Assembly: GCA_964016885.1 (NCBI GenBank)
Contig: OZ024756.1
Location: forward strand, 1,116,001-1,180,000
Length of the DNA stretch: 64,000 nt
Source of the DNA: Eledone cirrhosa
Lineage: Eukaryota
Direction: 5' to 3'
The notes beneath the pieces were generated by a model. It ran no database searches. It saw only the letters and a list, made by a program, of their open reading frames with translations, and was not told where the DNA came from. Position 1 is the stretch's first letter. Each line of letters opens with the position of its first letter. This document shows, in pieces, positions 16,398-30,913 of this stretch. A program made the translations under genes and the position numbers.

Positions 16398-16398
<1 letters not shown>
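15518..16398 (+). mobile_element. Tx1/L1-clade LINE 3' end, copy 2
   Basis: Nearly identical to 7570-8450 with a different 5' truncation point; (ATCT)n on both sides. Confidence 0.87.
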
Positions 16399-16470
<72 letters not shown>

Positions 16471-16496
16471 ATATATATATATATATATATATGCGT

Positions 16497-16580
<84 letters not shown>

Positions 16581-16916
16581 TTAATTGCTGTTCTTAGTTC
16601 TGCAGAAGATAAAATAATATTCTATTATAGTTTCACTGATCTAGACGACATTAACTGTGAAGACATTCTGTCTCCACACACCATATACTGTGTGGCAATG
16701 TCCATCATATCTACGGAATTCTCATGTAAGCAGGCTGTGTAAACCATTTATAAAATCTACAAATACAAAGAGGCAACAGTAACGATTTAACGACCACGAC
16801 ACGATGTAATATTTGCCCAACTATTTACACAAGACATATATGTTGTTACAGTCGCTCAACCACAACCAAGGGAGATAAATAAATTGTTACGATCATTTTT
16901 TGATGCTCTCGAATAC

Positions 16917-17032
16917 CCAACACCGTAAGAAATGGCTCCGAGAAAAAGAAGCAACAAAAAACAAGAAATTTAGTAGGAGATTTAGTAGGAAATTAGGCAA
17001 AACTGTGGAACGGGATATATTATCCAAAATAT
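16917..17032 (-). CDS. Putative internal host exon (ILDNISRSTVLPNFLLNLL...HFLRCW)
   Basis: Strong acceptor ttaacatttgctttctttacag; only one open frame; the TGG|gtattc donor is uncertain. Confidence 0.35.
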
Positions 17033-17118
17033 CTGTAAAGAAAGCAAATGTTAATAATATATGTAAGCACACACCCACACACTCCCCCCATACACACACT
17101 CCCCCACACACACACTAA

Positions 17119-17173
<55 letters not shown>

Positions 17174-17396
17174 CCCCCACACACACTAACACACACATGC
17201 GCACTCATACATACACACACTAACACATATAGAAGCAGACGCTGTTATACACATAAATATATATATATATGTATATATACACACAACTACGCACACACAC
17301 ACACTAACACATATTGAAGCCGACAGTTATACATATAAATACATTCACATACAACACACATAAATATATATAAATGTACTCACACAGACTTACATA

Positions 17397-17435
<39 letters not shown>

Positions 17436-17491
17436 ATATGTAGGTTGAATCTCCCTCTCTCCATCTCTCTCTCTTTCTCTCTCTCTTTTTT

Positions 17492-17523
<32 letters not shown>

Positions 17524-17619
17524 CACGTGTGTATATATATACATGTGTGTATATATATACATGTGTGTATGTGTATATATATATATATATAAATATACAT
17601 ATATATATATATATATATA

Positions 17620-17866
17620 TATTAATTCAAAATATTACTAAATATAGACATTCATGTGATCAAATATATTTTATTATATATATTTCGGAGGTACTGTGCT
17701 GTTTCCTCAGTACGTCCTCATCAGATCAAATATATAAATTGATGTCTGACATATCTCAACTCTGCTGATGGTTCAATTTCAGTCCTGCCAAGACTGAAAT
17801 TGAACCATCAGCACAGTTGAGATATGTCAGACATCAATTTATATATTTGATCTGATGAGGACGTAA
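17620..17866 (-). mobile_element. HHR fold-back element (hairpin 17710-17865)
   Basis: About 75-bp near-perfect inverted repeat centred near 17787; left end in (TA)n; right arm cut off by Tx1 sequence. Confidence 0.8.
17667..17732 (-). ncRNA. Type I hammerhead ribozyme
   Basis: TATTTGAT-CTGATGA-GGACGTACTG...CAGTACCTCC-GAAA-TATATA-TA-ATAAAATA. Confidence 0.85.
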
Positions 17867-17869
17867 CCG

Positions 17870-19252
17870 ATGACGTCAGACAGCATCGTAGGACGCTGGA
17901 TGGAGGGACCGGTGAAATTGCTCGGAGTCTGGTTCTGTCCGGACCTACCTCCAGGGGGAGAAAAACTGGAACGAGGTCACGGCCAAGGTATTTGCGTTCA
18001 CCCAGAAGTGGGCAGAGTGCAAACTATCCTTGAAAGGTCGAGCAGAGGTGGCGAACACTTTCATAGCGCCCGTCATCTACTACCGCTTGACCGTCGTGCC
18101 TTGTCCCCGTGAATACCTCACCAAGATGGAATGCATGCTCTTCCAGTTCCTGTGGTAGAAGCAAGCTCCACTGGTGAGGAGATCCGTCTGCTGTCAGCAC
18201 CCTTCCAACGGAGGGTTGGGAATTCCATGGCTGATGATGCGCAAACACGCGCTGAGGCTACAGCATCTCCAGGTATACCTCACCGAACAACCGGTGTGGG
18301 TCCCGTTTGTGAGACAGGCCTTCTCGCAACTTATCTCGCTGACAGAGCTGCAGTCCTGGGTCAAGCGCAGACCGAAGAAAATGGGCGCCTGGCATATTGA
18401 ATGCGCTCAGGCGCTCACAGTCCTCTTTCAAGCGGCACAGCAATCAGTGGAGACTCCACTTCGGCATTCTATAGATGGTTAGTTTGTTACAATTGCGACG
18501 ACGTGCTCGGAGAGACTCTGGGCGTCGAAGACGACGAGCTCACCAGTCTGTTCGGTAGGACTTTCCTCCCGGGACCCATGGACAACTTCCAGAGTTCTCT
18601 GGCCTGCAGTGCTACCGAGGAGCTCTATCAGTTCGAGACAAGATCTACAGGCACGGACATGGATCCTTCCAAGAGGACGTGTCCAAGATGCGAGCAGGAC
18701 ATTAAAACCGTCTTGCACGCAATTGTACACTTCCCGGGCGTAACTGACCTGTGGAACTACGCAGAGCAACTGCTCTCACGTATAGGACAAATCCAGTTGA
18801 CTGCCAAGTCCATAGTAAGGATCAAACCGCCAACTTCTTTCAAAAACGAAAGAGAGGCGGTTTTTCTCTGTATAGTGGCTATGGTAAAAGAGATTATATG
18901 GTGGACGAGATTGAGAGGACTGAGGACAGATGCCTTTCTCTCCGGACAACAACTCATCCCTTCTTTAGGTACCACTTTAGAAGGAGAATCAGAGTGGAGA
19001 GAAAGGCACTGCACCCCAGTAAATTTACTGAAAGGTGGGTGACAAAAATGGCACGAGTGATTGGGCCTTCTCCGTATATAAACCTGTAGGTTGAAGAAGA
19101 GAGCAAAAGGAGGAAAGGAACACTTGCACAACACGCTCTTGGAGTTGAAGGTTGTTCTATCTACGGGGTATTAAACAACCCTATACAATCCCCGCAATAC
19201 GTCTTTGTATTGTTCCCTTTTCTTGTCCGCTCTTGTGGCAAATAAAGAAATA
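17870..19252 (+). mobile_element. Tx1/L1-clade LINE 3' part, diverged and frameshifted copy 3
   Basis: VKLLGVWF, GGLGIP and CPRC...TVLHAIVH motifs; homologous to copies 1 and 2; ends in AATAAA + (ATCT)n. Confidence 0.85.
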
Positions 19253-19759
19253 TATCTATCTATCTGTCTGTCTGTTTGTCTATCTATCTATCTGTCTGTC
19301 TCTCACTTTCTCTCTTTTTCTCTCCCCACTCTCTTTCTGAATTAATTACATTCCTCTGTATTTATTCATTAATTTACTGAAATTCATTAGAAATACGGCT
19401 CAGAGAGGTTTATGCTATCAAGATATATGAGCAAGCTTACTCTGGTTGTCAACAAAACAAAACGAAACTAAACGAGATTTTCCCACGTTGTCCTGTGTTA
19501 TTCTCTATTACAGATTTATGACTTGCAATAAGCAGAGTATTACACATTGCTCACTAAACATTTGCTCAACAAACATCCTATATATTTAATTTCTACTGTG
19601 TATTATAAACATTATAATGACTACATCCTAACTTTAGTTTAGTCATTTTCGTAAAGAACAAATAAACTTATTTAAACTGTAATATGTCTGTGTTTAGAAT
19701 GGCAGTGTGCTGGGTTTGACACACAACTAACTATAACTGATGCTCAAGTTTCACCTAAC

Positions 19760-20600
19760 GAGGGACTGTATATTTGGGTCATAGATATAGAGTAAGGTCA
19801 ACTTGACATAACTGTGGACTGTATATCTGGGTCATAGATATAGAGTAGGGTTAACTTGACATAACTGTGGACTGTATATCTGGGTCACAGATATAGCGTA
19901 GGGTCAACGTGACATAACTGTGGACTGTACATTTGGGTCATAGATATAGAGTAGGGTTAACGTGACATAACTGTGGACTGTATATTTGGGTCATAGCTAT
20001 AGAGTAGGGTTAACGTGACATAACTGTGGACTGTATATTTGGGTCATAGGTATAGAGTAGGGTTAACTTGGGATAACTGTGGATTGTACATTTGGGTCAT
20101 AGATATAGAGTAGGGTTAACTTGGGATAACTGTGGATTGTACATTTGGGTCATAGATATAAGGTAGGGCTAACTTGGGATAACTGTGGACTGTATATTTG
20201 GGTCACAGATATAGCGTAGGGTCAACGTGACATAACTGTGGACTGTATATTTGGGTCATAGATATAGAGTAGGGTTAACGTGACATAACTGTGGACTGTA
20301 TATTTGGGTCATAGATATAGAGTAGGGTTAACTTGGGATAACTGTGGATTGTACATTTGGGTCACAGATATAGCGTAGGGTTAACGTGACATAACTGTGG
20401 ACTGTATATTTGGGTCATAGGTATAGAGTAGGGTTAACTTGGGATAACTGTGGACTGTATATTTGGGTCACAGATATAGCGTAGGGTTAACGTGACATAA
20501 CTGTGGACTGTATATGTGGGTCATAGATATAGCATAGGGTTAACTTGGGATAACTGTGGACTGTATATTTGGGTCATAGGTATAGAGTAGGGTTAACTTT
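19760..20600. repeat. 53-bp minisatellite, about 16 copies
   Basis: Unit ACTGTGGACTGTATATTTGGGTCATAGATATAGAGTAGGGTTAACGTGACATA. Confidence 0.95.
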
Positions 20601-21249
20601 GGATAAAACACTACAAACCATAACCGACGTATCTCGAAACTGTGGTGTTTGGTTAGAAACAATATTTTGGAGTAAAGGGCCGAAACATTTGCTTAAGTGG
20701 GGTTTCTTCTCTGAAGACCTGCTGTCCAGCTTTTCTGGGAGTTTCTTTCCATTTTAGGTATATACGTCTACACCAGACCTCACCCGATTCTCACATTTGG
20801 CTCTGGGACATTTTTAGTCACTTTCTGATAACTGCTTATGGTGGCAGACAAAACTTAGTGAGGGACTGGAATCTTGGAGAAAAGACGGGCACCATCAAGC
20901 GTTTCTCAGGCCTATTGAAATGACATGGAGGTCACACAGTAAAACGTTTAAAATGGTACCCGAACGTCAGGCTGCACCAGTGATGGGGAGATGGGTGTCG
21001 CCAAGTATTTGAAAGGCCTACAGAAATATTGTTTCTACTTTTGGTAAAAAGCCAGCAATTACCCTAGTGCATTACTGGTACTTTAATTTATCGACTCCGT
21101 AAGGCCTACAGAAATAATGCCAAGATGTACACAGTCAAACATCTAGAGTGGCACAGAAAATTATAGGAACTTGATTTGTTGACTGAAGGTTTGAAATAAC
21201 TGTGGACTGTACATGTTTAGATATACAGTGACTGTCTATTCAACATGTT

Positions 21250-21560
21250 ATGTGTGATGGCAATCCGTCGGTTACGACGATGAGTGTTCCAATTGATCCG
21301 ATCAACTGAACAGCCTGCTCATGAAATTAACTTGCAAGTGGCTGAGCATTCTACAGACGTAGTTCTCAGGGAAATTCAGCGTGACACAGAATGTAATAAG
21401 GCTCTGAGAAATACAAATACAACATATTTTTGCCAGTTGAGAACGGGAGCAGCGTGAAATAAAGCGTCTTGCTCAAGGACACAACATATCGCCGGGAATC
21501 GAACCCATGACCTTACAATTGCGAGCCAAATAACCTAACAACAAAGCCACGCGCCTTCAC
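21250..21560 (-). mobile_element. tRNA-derived SINE, second family
   Basis: Minus-strand head GTGAAGGCGCGTGGC... with B box GGTTCGATTCCC, then TTGTGTCCTTGAGCAAGAC. Confidence 0.8.
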
Positions 21561-21579
21561 AACACATAATACACTACAC

Positions 21580-22350
21580 ACTACAGCAGACGACAGTAGA
21601 CTATACATGTTTAGATATATAGTGGTGGCTGTCAACTGGACATAATATACTACAGCAGACGACAGTAGACTGTACATGTTTAGATATATAATGGTGGCTG
21701 TCAACTGGACATAATATACTACAGCAGACGACAGTAGACTGTACATGTTTAGATATATAATGGTGGCTGTCAACTGGACATAATATACTACAGCAGATGA
21801 CAGTAGACTGTACATGTTTAGATATATAATGGTGGCTGTCAACTGGACATAATATACTACAGCAGACGACAGTAGACTGTACATGTTTAGATATATAATG
21901 GTGGCTGTCAACTGGACATAATATACTACAGCAGACGACAGTAGACTGTACATGTTTAGATATATAATGGTGGCTGTCAACTGGACATAATATACTACAG
22001 CAGACGACAGTAGACTGTACATGTTTAGATATATAATGGTGGCTATCAACTGGACATAATATACCACAGCAGACGACAGTAGACTGTACATGTTTAGATA
22101 TATAATGGTGGCTGTCAACTGGACATAATATACTACAGCAGACGACAGTAGACTGTACATGTTTAGATATATAATGGTGGCTGTCAACTGGACATAATAT
22201 ACTACAGCAGACGACAGTAGACTGTACATGTTTAGATATATAATGGTGGCTATCAACTGGACATAATATACCACAGCAGACGACAGTAGACTGTACATGT
22301 TTAGATATATAATGGTGGCTGTCAACTGGACATAATATACCACAGCAGAC
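21580..22350. repeat. 69-bp minisatellite, about 11 copies
   Basis: Direct periodicity; gives the 23-aa repeat ORFs. Confidence 0.95.
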
Positions 22351-22519
22351 ACCAAGTTTGAAATAACTGTGGACTGTAGAGCAGGCGACCACAGAAACCA
22401 CGTCTAGAATTTGATGTATTAGATTGATGAAAACCTGGCTCGTAATAAATGGATTTGTCTCCGAAGTTTCATATTTCATTATATATGGAAATCTAGACAT
22501 CAACACATACATACATACA

Positions 22520-23742
22520 TGATGAGGGCTGCCCCCTCGTTATCGAGTATGGCCATTGCACGAGAAAGAAAAAAAAATAATAATAATAAATAAATAAAAC
22601 TTACATTCTCTACCACATGTTTGGCAAGCATGATGAGTAGCATCTCCAACAGCAGCCTGGTAGTCAACCACTGGTCTTACTTTATGACTGCGAAGATGAC
22701 TTTCGAGTCCAGCTTTGCTTAGGCAGAGTCTCACACATACGCTGCATGTCAGCACCATAGGAGGACCCTCGTCGTCTGGAAGTGCAACAGCAATGCCCTT
22801 CCTCACATCCCGCTTTACTTTCTCGTATGCAATACAGAAAACCATTGCAAAGTATATGGCAAACAGGGTCGGTGCTGGAATATCCCCCTGTTTCACTCCA
22901 TTTTTTACTGAGATAGGCTCCGACATGTTACCCCCGACATTAACCCAAGCCTTCGTGTCGTCATGGAAAGACCTAACTAAAGCAAGGAACTTATCAGGGC
23001 AACCAAGTTTCTGGAGAACCTTTCATAATGCATCTCTGTTAACAGTATCAAAAGCTTTTGTCAGATCGACAAAAACCTGATACAGATCCAAGCCTTGTTC
23101 CATGTACTTCTTCCGGAGCTGTCTAACTGAGAAGTTCATATCAGTAGTGCCGCGTCCAGCACGAAAACCAGATTGACTTTCAGGAAGAACACAATCTGCA
23201 ATGTGTGTCAGCAGACGGTCCAGAAGCACCCTACATAAAACTTTCCCTACGACAGAAAGCAATGATATACCTCTGTAGTTCGCACAATCGTTCCTGTTAC
23301 CCCTTCCCTTGTACAAGACCACCATTACTGCATCTCTCCAGTCCTCAGGTACGGATTCATTAGCCCATATCCTGCCAAACAAAGAGTGAAGATGTTGCAG
23401 GAGTCTCTCACCACCATATTGTAGGAGCTCAGCATGTATGCCATCCATACCTGGAGATCTTCCACTGTTCAGCTTCGAAATAGCCACTGCAACCTCCACA
23501 AGCGTCGGAGGTTCTGCGAGAGCTACTTTCACAGGACTTTCTGGAATGAGATTGAGGAAATCTTCACTGACGACAGACGGCTGATTCAAAAGATCATCAA
23601 AGTGCTCTCGCCACCTTCGTAGAATTCCTTGTGAGTCACGAAGAAGTTCTTTGCCATCTTTGCTGCGAAGCGGTGGCACCAGAGAAGAAGACGGTCCATA
23701 AACCTCACGCAAGAGACTATACAACAGCTTTGTGTTATTGGA
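22520..23742 (-). mobile_element. RTE-clade LINE remnant (RT N-terminal half joined to C-terminal C2H2 fingers; internal deletion and a stop)
   Basis: RWREHF, SPGMDGI, NYRGISLL, QSGFR, FVDLTKAFDTV, GVKQG, then CSVC...HLRSH. Flanked by (CATA)n. Confidence 0.9.
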
Positions 23743-23959
23743 CATACATACATACATACATACATACATACATACATACATACATACATACATACATACA
23801 TGCATACATACGTATATACATAAAAGAATACGTACATACGTATATACGTACATACGTACATACATATATACATGCATACATACACACACACATACACACA
23901 TATCATATGTTACTACATATCTCACAATGCTTTGTATTAACTGCAGCACACACACACAC

Positions 23960-23996
<37 letters not shown>

Positions 23997-24129
23997 CTCT
24001 CTCTCTCTCTCTCACTATATATATATATCAACGAAATACTCAAGAGTATTAGATGAAGTATTGTGTGACAGCCTCCATCACGTCTACCGCCAATTCTCTC
24101 CCCACACACCAATACACACCACATCTAAG

Positions 24130-24320
24130 TTTGGTGAATTGGCAGTATCGGTAGAGGGTGTGACGCCATGCTTTCCAGCATAGAGTCACGGCCCTTTACG
24201 ATCTGAGTTCAAATACCGCCGAGGTTAACTTTGCCTTTCATCCTTACGGGGGTAGATAAAATAAAGTACCAGTAATACACTGGGATAAATGCTGGCCTTG
24301 TGCCAAAAGTAGAAACAATT
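24130..24320 (+). mobile_element. tRNA-derived SINE (OR1-like), near full length
   Basis: A box TGGCAGTATCGGT, B box GAGTTCAAATACC, conserved body. Confidence 0.9.
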
Positions 24321-24787
24321 ATTTAAACTATCCAATAGATGACAATGAACATCAAGCCTACTAAGTCTAGTGGCTATCTTAATGCAGTGCTCCAGCATGG
24401 CCTGAGCCGTATTAAATTAACTCTAGTGGCTCTTCTAATGTGTGTATGCAGTGCCCCAGTATGGCCTTCGCTATGTCTTAAACTAACTATAGTGGCTATC
24501 TTAATGTATGTATATATAGTGCCCCAGTATGGCTTTAGTTATGTCTTAAACTAACTATAGCGGCTATCTTAATGTATGTATATATAGTGCCCCAGTATGG
24601 CTTTAGTTATGTCTTAAACTAACTATTGTGGCTATCCTAATGCATGTATAAATGTAATACCCCAGTATGGCCTTAGCTGTGTCTAAAGCTAAGTTTTGTG
24701 GCTATCTTAATCTATGTATATATGTAGTGCCCCAGTATGGCCTTAACTAAGATGTCATAAACTAACTATAGTAGTTATCCTAATGTA

Positions 24788-24821
<34 letters not shown>

Positions 24822-24875
24822 GTACCCCAGTATGGCCTTAGCTATGTCTTAAACTAACTATTGTGGCTATCCTAA

Positions 24876-24914
<39 letters not shown>

Positions 24915-24916
<2 letters not shown>

Positions 24917-25077
24917 CGAAGGAAATGTGGTAAGGAACCAGGTGGACCATAACGCACCAAAGTACTCAATACTTAGGGTAGTAGAGTGGGTAATAGGAAC
25001 AAGTAAGTGGGTAATAGGAACAAGTAAGAATTAGCCGTCGAAACGGCTTGAGCTCAGCCGTCGGGGTCTTACTTGTT

Positions 25078-25080
<3 letters not shown>
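24915..25080. mobile_element. Family-3 element with a 3'-half HHR, in (TA)n
   Basis: Same sequence as 46195-46374 and 54986-55191; GAAA-CGGCT...AGCCG-TC. Confidence 0.75.
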
Positions 25081-25120
<40 letters not shown>

Positions 25121-25124
<4 letters not shown>

Positions 25125-25454
25125 GCAAAAGTTCTATTTAAAATTGTTGGGATACAACAAGTAAATATTTTTATAACTGATATAAAGCACTCGACAAATT
25201 TTTGGAGTAGATATACGATATTAATAAATGGAAACTATATTTATAAAACCATATTTATTTCATTATACATATTACAGGGATACCAAATTAAATTATGGTA
25301 TGCCTTCATCAGACAAAATACAATATATAACAGTTTTACAAATAAGCTTTGACGTACCCTTTTAAAATGCAACCATAATTTAATTTGGTATCCCTGAAAT
25401 ATGTATAATGAAATAAATATGGTTTTATAAATATAGTTTCCATTTATTAATATC

Positions 25455-25458
<4 letters not shown>
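25121..25458. mobile_element. Family-1 (Naiad-related) fold-back element; minus-strand HHR 25256-25320 with GAAA changed to GTAA
   Basis: Homologous to 30456-30700; inverted arms; (TA)n flanks. Confidence 0.85.
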
Positions 25459-25937
<479 letters not shown>

Positions 25938-26274
25938 AGTGCCCCAGTATGGCCTTAGCTATGTCTTAAACTAAGTCTAGTGGCTCCCCTATTTCATGTA
26001 TTTATGAAGTGCCCCAGTATGGCCTTAGCTGTCTTAAACTAACTCTAGTGTTTATCCCAATGTAAGTATATATGCAGTGCTCCAGTATGACCTTAGCTAT
26101 GTCTAAAACAAAAGAAAGTACTCAATCTCTGTGTTGTGTACACGTGTCTGTGGACGAAACCTGTGTGTACAATAAATGAGTGCAGGCCTGTTTGCTTGCC
26201 TGCTTGTCGGTATGTGTATATATGTGTGAGTGTGTGTGAGTGTGGGTGTATCTATATATATAACACCCAACAAA

Positions 26275-26565
26275 TAAGGATCTCTATGGCAATATACCAC
26301 CTATCAGCAGGTCAATTTGTGGACAGAGACTCAAATTTGCTGGCCACTGTTGGCGCAGCAAGGAAGAAATAGCAGCTGATGTGTTGTTATGGAGTCCATC
26401 TCATGGAGCAAGCAACGCTGGTCGTCCCAAGAAGACATAAGTCAAGCAACTTGAGGAAGATACTGGATGCATTGCGGAAGAACTGGCAAACGCTATGAGA
26501 GACAGAGATGGATGGAGGAAACGTGTCGTAGAAAGCCGAGCAAGCTCGACCTGATGATGTTGATT
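26275..26565 (+). mobile_element. RTE-clade LINE 3' end
   Basis: Translates QRLKFAGHCWR...LLWSP...GRP...MRDRDGWR; (TGA)n-like tail. Confidence 0.8.
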
Positions 26566-26636
26566 ATGATATATATATATATATATATATGTACAATATA
26601 TTAATAAATGGAAACTATATTTATAAAACCATAATT

Positions 26637-26700
26637 ATTTTATTATATATATTTCAAGGGCGACCAAGGTAAATTATGGTGCGCTTTCATCAGATGAAAT
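26637..26700 (-). ncRNA. Type I hammerhead ribozyme
   Basis: ATTTCAT-CTGATGA-AAGCGCACCA...TGGTCGCCCTT-GAAA-TATATA-TA-ATAAAAT. Confidence 0.78.
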
Positions 26701-26709
26701 AAAGATTTG

Positions 26710-26771
26710 TTTTATCTGATGAAAGCGCACCATAATTTACCTTGGTCGCACTTGAAATATATATAATAAAA
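26710..26771 (+). ncRNA. Type I hammerhead ribozyme
   Basis: TTTTAT-CTGATGA-AAGCGCACCA...TGGTCGCACTT-GAAA-TATATA-TA-ATAAAA. Confidence 0.83.
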
Positions 26772-26882
26772 TAATTATGGTTTTATAATTATAGTTTCCA
26801 TTTATTAATATATTGTATATTTACTCCACTAAACTGTTGAGTGCTTTATATCAGTTATAAAAAATGTTTAAGCTTGTTGAAT

Positions 26883-26933
<51 letters not shown>

Positions 26934-26955
26934 TTTAGTTGTATATATATGGTTG

Positions 26956-27012
<57 letters not shown>

Positions 27013-27167
27013 GCGTGTGTATCAATATCTGAGTAAACAGGAAAAATCAGTTCCGTTTATTAATATTTAAGGAACATTAAATAAATATATCATATGAAAC
27101 CTATACATATCATTTCTCTGTCTACCCCCCCCCCCCCACATACACACATCCTTACATCCACACATAT

Positions 27168-27225
<58 letters not shown>

Positions 27226-27310
27226 TACCCCCACAGATACACATACACACATATCCCTCTCTCTCTAACACACACATAATCACACACTTACTGATACTCA
27301 GGCACACACA

Positions 27311-27418
<108 letters not shown>

Positions 27419-27477
27419 ATATATGGGATAACAAATATCGTTATAGGTAATCCAGTTAGAGTTATTCTTCACACTTT

Positions 27478-27563
<86 letters not shown>

Positions 27564-27598
27564 TGTGTATATATACATACATACACACACACACACAC

Positions 27599-27656
<58 letters not shown>

Positions 27657-27989
27657 CAAAATTGATTCAGTGAAATTACTAATTCAATTTAATTTTCAAA
27701 TTGCACCGCCAGCTTCTAATCACGTGATGTTACACACACACACACATACACACACATGTATATACATATATGCATATTTTCGATTCACTCGCACACAAAC
27801 ACGCCCACTTTACGCAGTAGATATGCTCATAACCGTACATACATGCATACGTACATAATACCTATACATACATGCCTATATATATATATACATTCCTACC
27901 TCCCTACCTACACACATACCTATGTACATATATACATACTTAACACCTATATACATACCTATGTACATATATACATACATAATACCTAT

Positions 27990-28022
<33 letters not shown>

Positions 28023-28479
28023 CATACGTTCCTACGTAACTACCTACCTACCAACATACCTACATACTTACAAGAACAATTCGTCTTAATACGAAGGGCA
28101 TTAAAAACGTATGTGGTATTTATATATAGCCGAGACCTAGTACCTTACTAGGCAGTAAGTTCCTAGAGTTAGTGACGTCAATATTATACGGTGGATAAAA
28201 CCAGTTTATTTTCCGTCTCTTGCTATTTTCCAGAGCCGGATTCATAGTTTCTATTTACAAACTAAATACTGGTTAGTTATTTTTGGTTACATCCTTGTGA
28301 AAGGGAGATACTAGCTGTCCTGTTGAATATTTAACTATCTGAAAGTCCTTCTCATACCTCACACTACGTATTTAATCACCATTGAGGATAGTGGTGTGTA
28401 ATGTTCCTAGTTAATTTCTCTCCCTCTCTCTCACGCTTAGTGATACATATAATTACACACACACACACACACGCACACG

Positions 28480-28539
<60 letters not shown>

Positions 28540-28978
28540 CACACACACACGCACACACACACACACACACACGCACACACACACACACAGACACACACAC
28601 ACACATAAAATGTGTGACACCATAAAATCGATTTTATAATAGGGTGAAGACACTTAAAGACGGAAAAATAAATTGTCATCGGCCGCCATGAGGAGTTGAA
28701 CTCCAAATCTTTTCGATTCTATATATATATATATATATGTGTATATATGTATATATATACATATATGTATATATGTATATATATACATATATGTATATAT
28801 GCGCGTATGTGTGTATGTGGTGTCAGTGTATTGTGGGTGTGTATATACATATATATATATATATATAAATATATATATGTGTATGTGTGTGTGGTGTATA
28901 TATATATATATATATATATGTTTGTGTGTGTGTGGTGTGTATATATATATATATATTTGTGTGTGTGTGGTGTGTGTG

Positions 28979-29009
<31 letters not shown>

Positions 29010-29376
29010 TTGTATATATATGTATTTGTGTGTGTATATATATGTATGTGTGTATGTATATATGTGTATGTGTGTATATATATATGTATGTGTGTATGTA
29101 TATATGTGTATGTGTGTATATATATATGTATGTGTGTATGTATATATGTGTATGTGTGTATATATATATGTATGTGTGTATGTATATATGTGTATGTGTG
29201 TATATATATGTATATGTGTGTATATATGTATATATGTATATATGTATGTAAATATATATGAATGTGTGTGTGTGTGTGTGTACGTTCCTCCTTTTCCTTT
29301 AAGAGATTCCACGATAGAAATTCCTCGTTTTTTTTTATTCCATAGTTTAGAGAATTGTAACTGCGGCAAAACTGAC

Positions 29377-29472
29377 CAGAATCCCAATCTTTCAAATCTC
29401 TCAAGATTTCCTCGAAGGCTTCAAAGCCAGCTGAAAGCAGCCAATCATCTTCCAGAACCAAATGGAGAGAGA
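29377..29472 (-). CDS. Putative internal host exon ([31 protein letters not shown])
   Basis: Acceptor gttgtttttctattacag, donor G|gtcagt, 96 nt, phase 1-1, protein-like composition. Confidence 0.45.
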
Positions 29473-29874
29473 CTGTAATAGAAAAACAACAGTCGGTGTG
29501 ATGGAACTGAAGAACAACAATTCCATATGTACTTAAATGTATTCTACAACCAACCTTCAATACTTCAACATATTCTTGGACTTCAGTTTTCTTTGATTCT
29601 ACAAAAGCAACATTTACACAAACACTGATAGATATATAAACATACACACACGCACACTTACATCCCCCACAATCACACCCACACACACACACACACACAC
29701 ACTTGCATCCCCCCCCCCACACACACTTACATACACACACACACATTTATTTATATACATACAAACACGGCCATTCATACACATACAATCATACGTATAA
29801 TCATACATGCATACACACACACACACACATATATATATAGAGAGAGATAGATATAGATATGAACATAAATAAAT

Positions 29875-30065
29875 AATAATTGTTTCTACTTTAAGCACAA
29901 GGCCATCAAATACCCAGTGCATTACTGGTACTTTATTTTATCGACCACGTAAGGATGAAAGGCAAAGTCAATCTCAGCGGGATTTGAACTCAGATCGTAA
30001 AGGGACGTAACTATGCTGGAAAGCATGGCGTCCAACCCTCTACCGATACTGCCAATCCACCGCCA
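29875..30065 (-). mobile_element. tRNA-derived SINE (OR1-like), full length
   Basis: Reverse complement of the family consensus. Confidence 0.9.
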
Positions 30066-30173
30066 AATAAATAAATAAATAATAATAATGCACTCACACA
30101 CACATATATATACATATATACATATATACATATATATACATACATATACATACATATATATACATATATTTAT

Positions 30174-30208
<35 letters not shown>

Positions 30209-30292
30209 CATATATATACATATATATACATACATACATATATATACATACATACATATATATATATATATGCGCATGTGTGTGTATACGTG

Positions 30293-30457
<165 letters not shown>

Positions 30458-30587
30458 TGGAAAGTTATATTTAAATTGTTGGGTTACAACGAGTAAATAT
30501 TTATAACTGATATAAAAGCACTCAACAAGTATTTGGAGTATATTTACGATATTAAATAAATGGAAATTATATTTATAAAACCATATT

Positions 30588-30653
30588 TATTTCATTATAT
30601 ATATTTCAGGGATATCATATTAAAAATATGTTATGCCTTCTTCAGACAAAATA
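30588..30653 (-). ncRNA. Type I hammerhead ribozyme (inverted arm of the PLE)
   Basis: Reverse complement of 34301-34366. Confidence 0.85.
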
Positions 30654-30757
30654 CAATATAAACAGTCTTATAAATAAATAGATTCGACATACCTTTCAAC
30701 ATCGACTTGTATTTGAAAAGTTGATTTGGTAGTAAAAATATTATGGACAGTTGTAAA

Positions 30758-30797
<40 letters not shown>

Positions 30798-30913
30798 AAA
30801 ACGAAGAAAAAGAAGAAATGCATGCAACTAAATAGAGAGAGATAGAAAGATAGATAGAGAGAAGAAATTCATGTAAAGAAACAGAGAGAGATATATAGAG
30901 AGAGGAAAAAATA

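Larger units (their letters stand above)
26591..26886. mobile_element. Family-1 fold-back element with two back-to-back HHRs
   Basis: About 110-bp inverted arms, ~70-nt tail on the right arm, (TA)n flanks. Confidence 0.88.

Noticed and set aside
16605-16725. Plus-strand exon candidate (EDKIIFYYSF...STEFS|gtaagc)
   Set aside because: Good donor but no partner plus-strand exons found; it overlaps an equally plausible minus-strand frame. Unresolved.
21513-22512. 280- and 303-aa repeat proteins
   Set aside because: Products of the 69-bp minisatellite.
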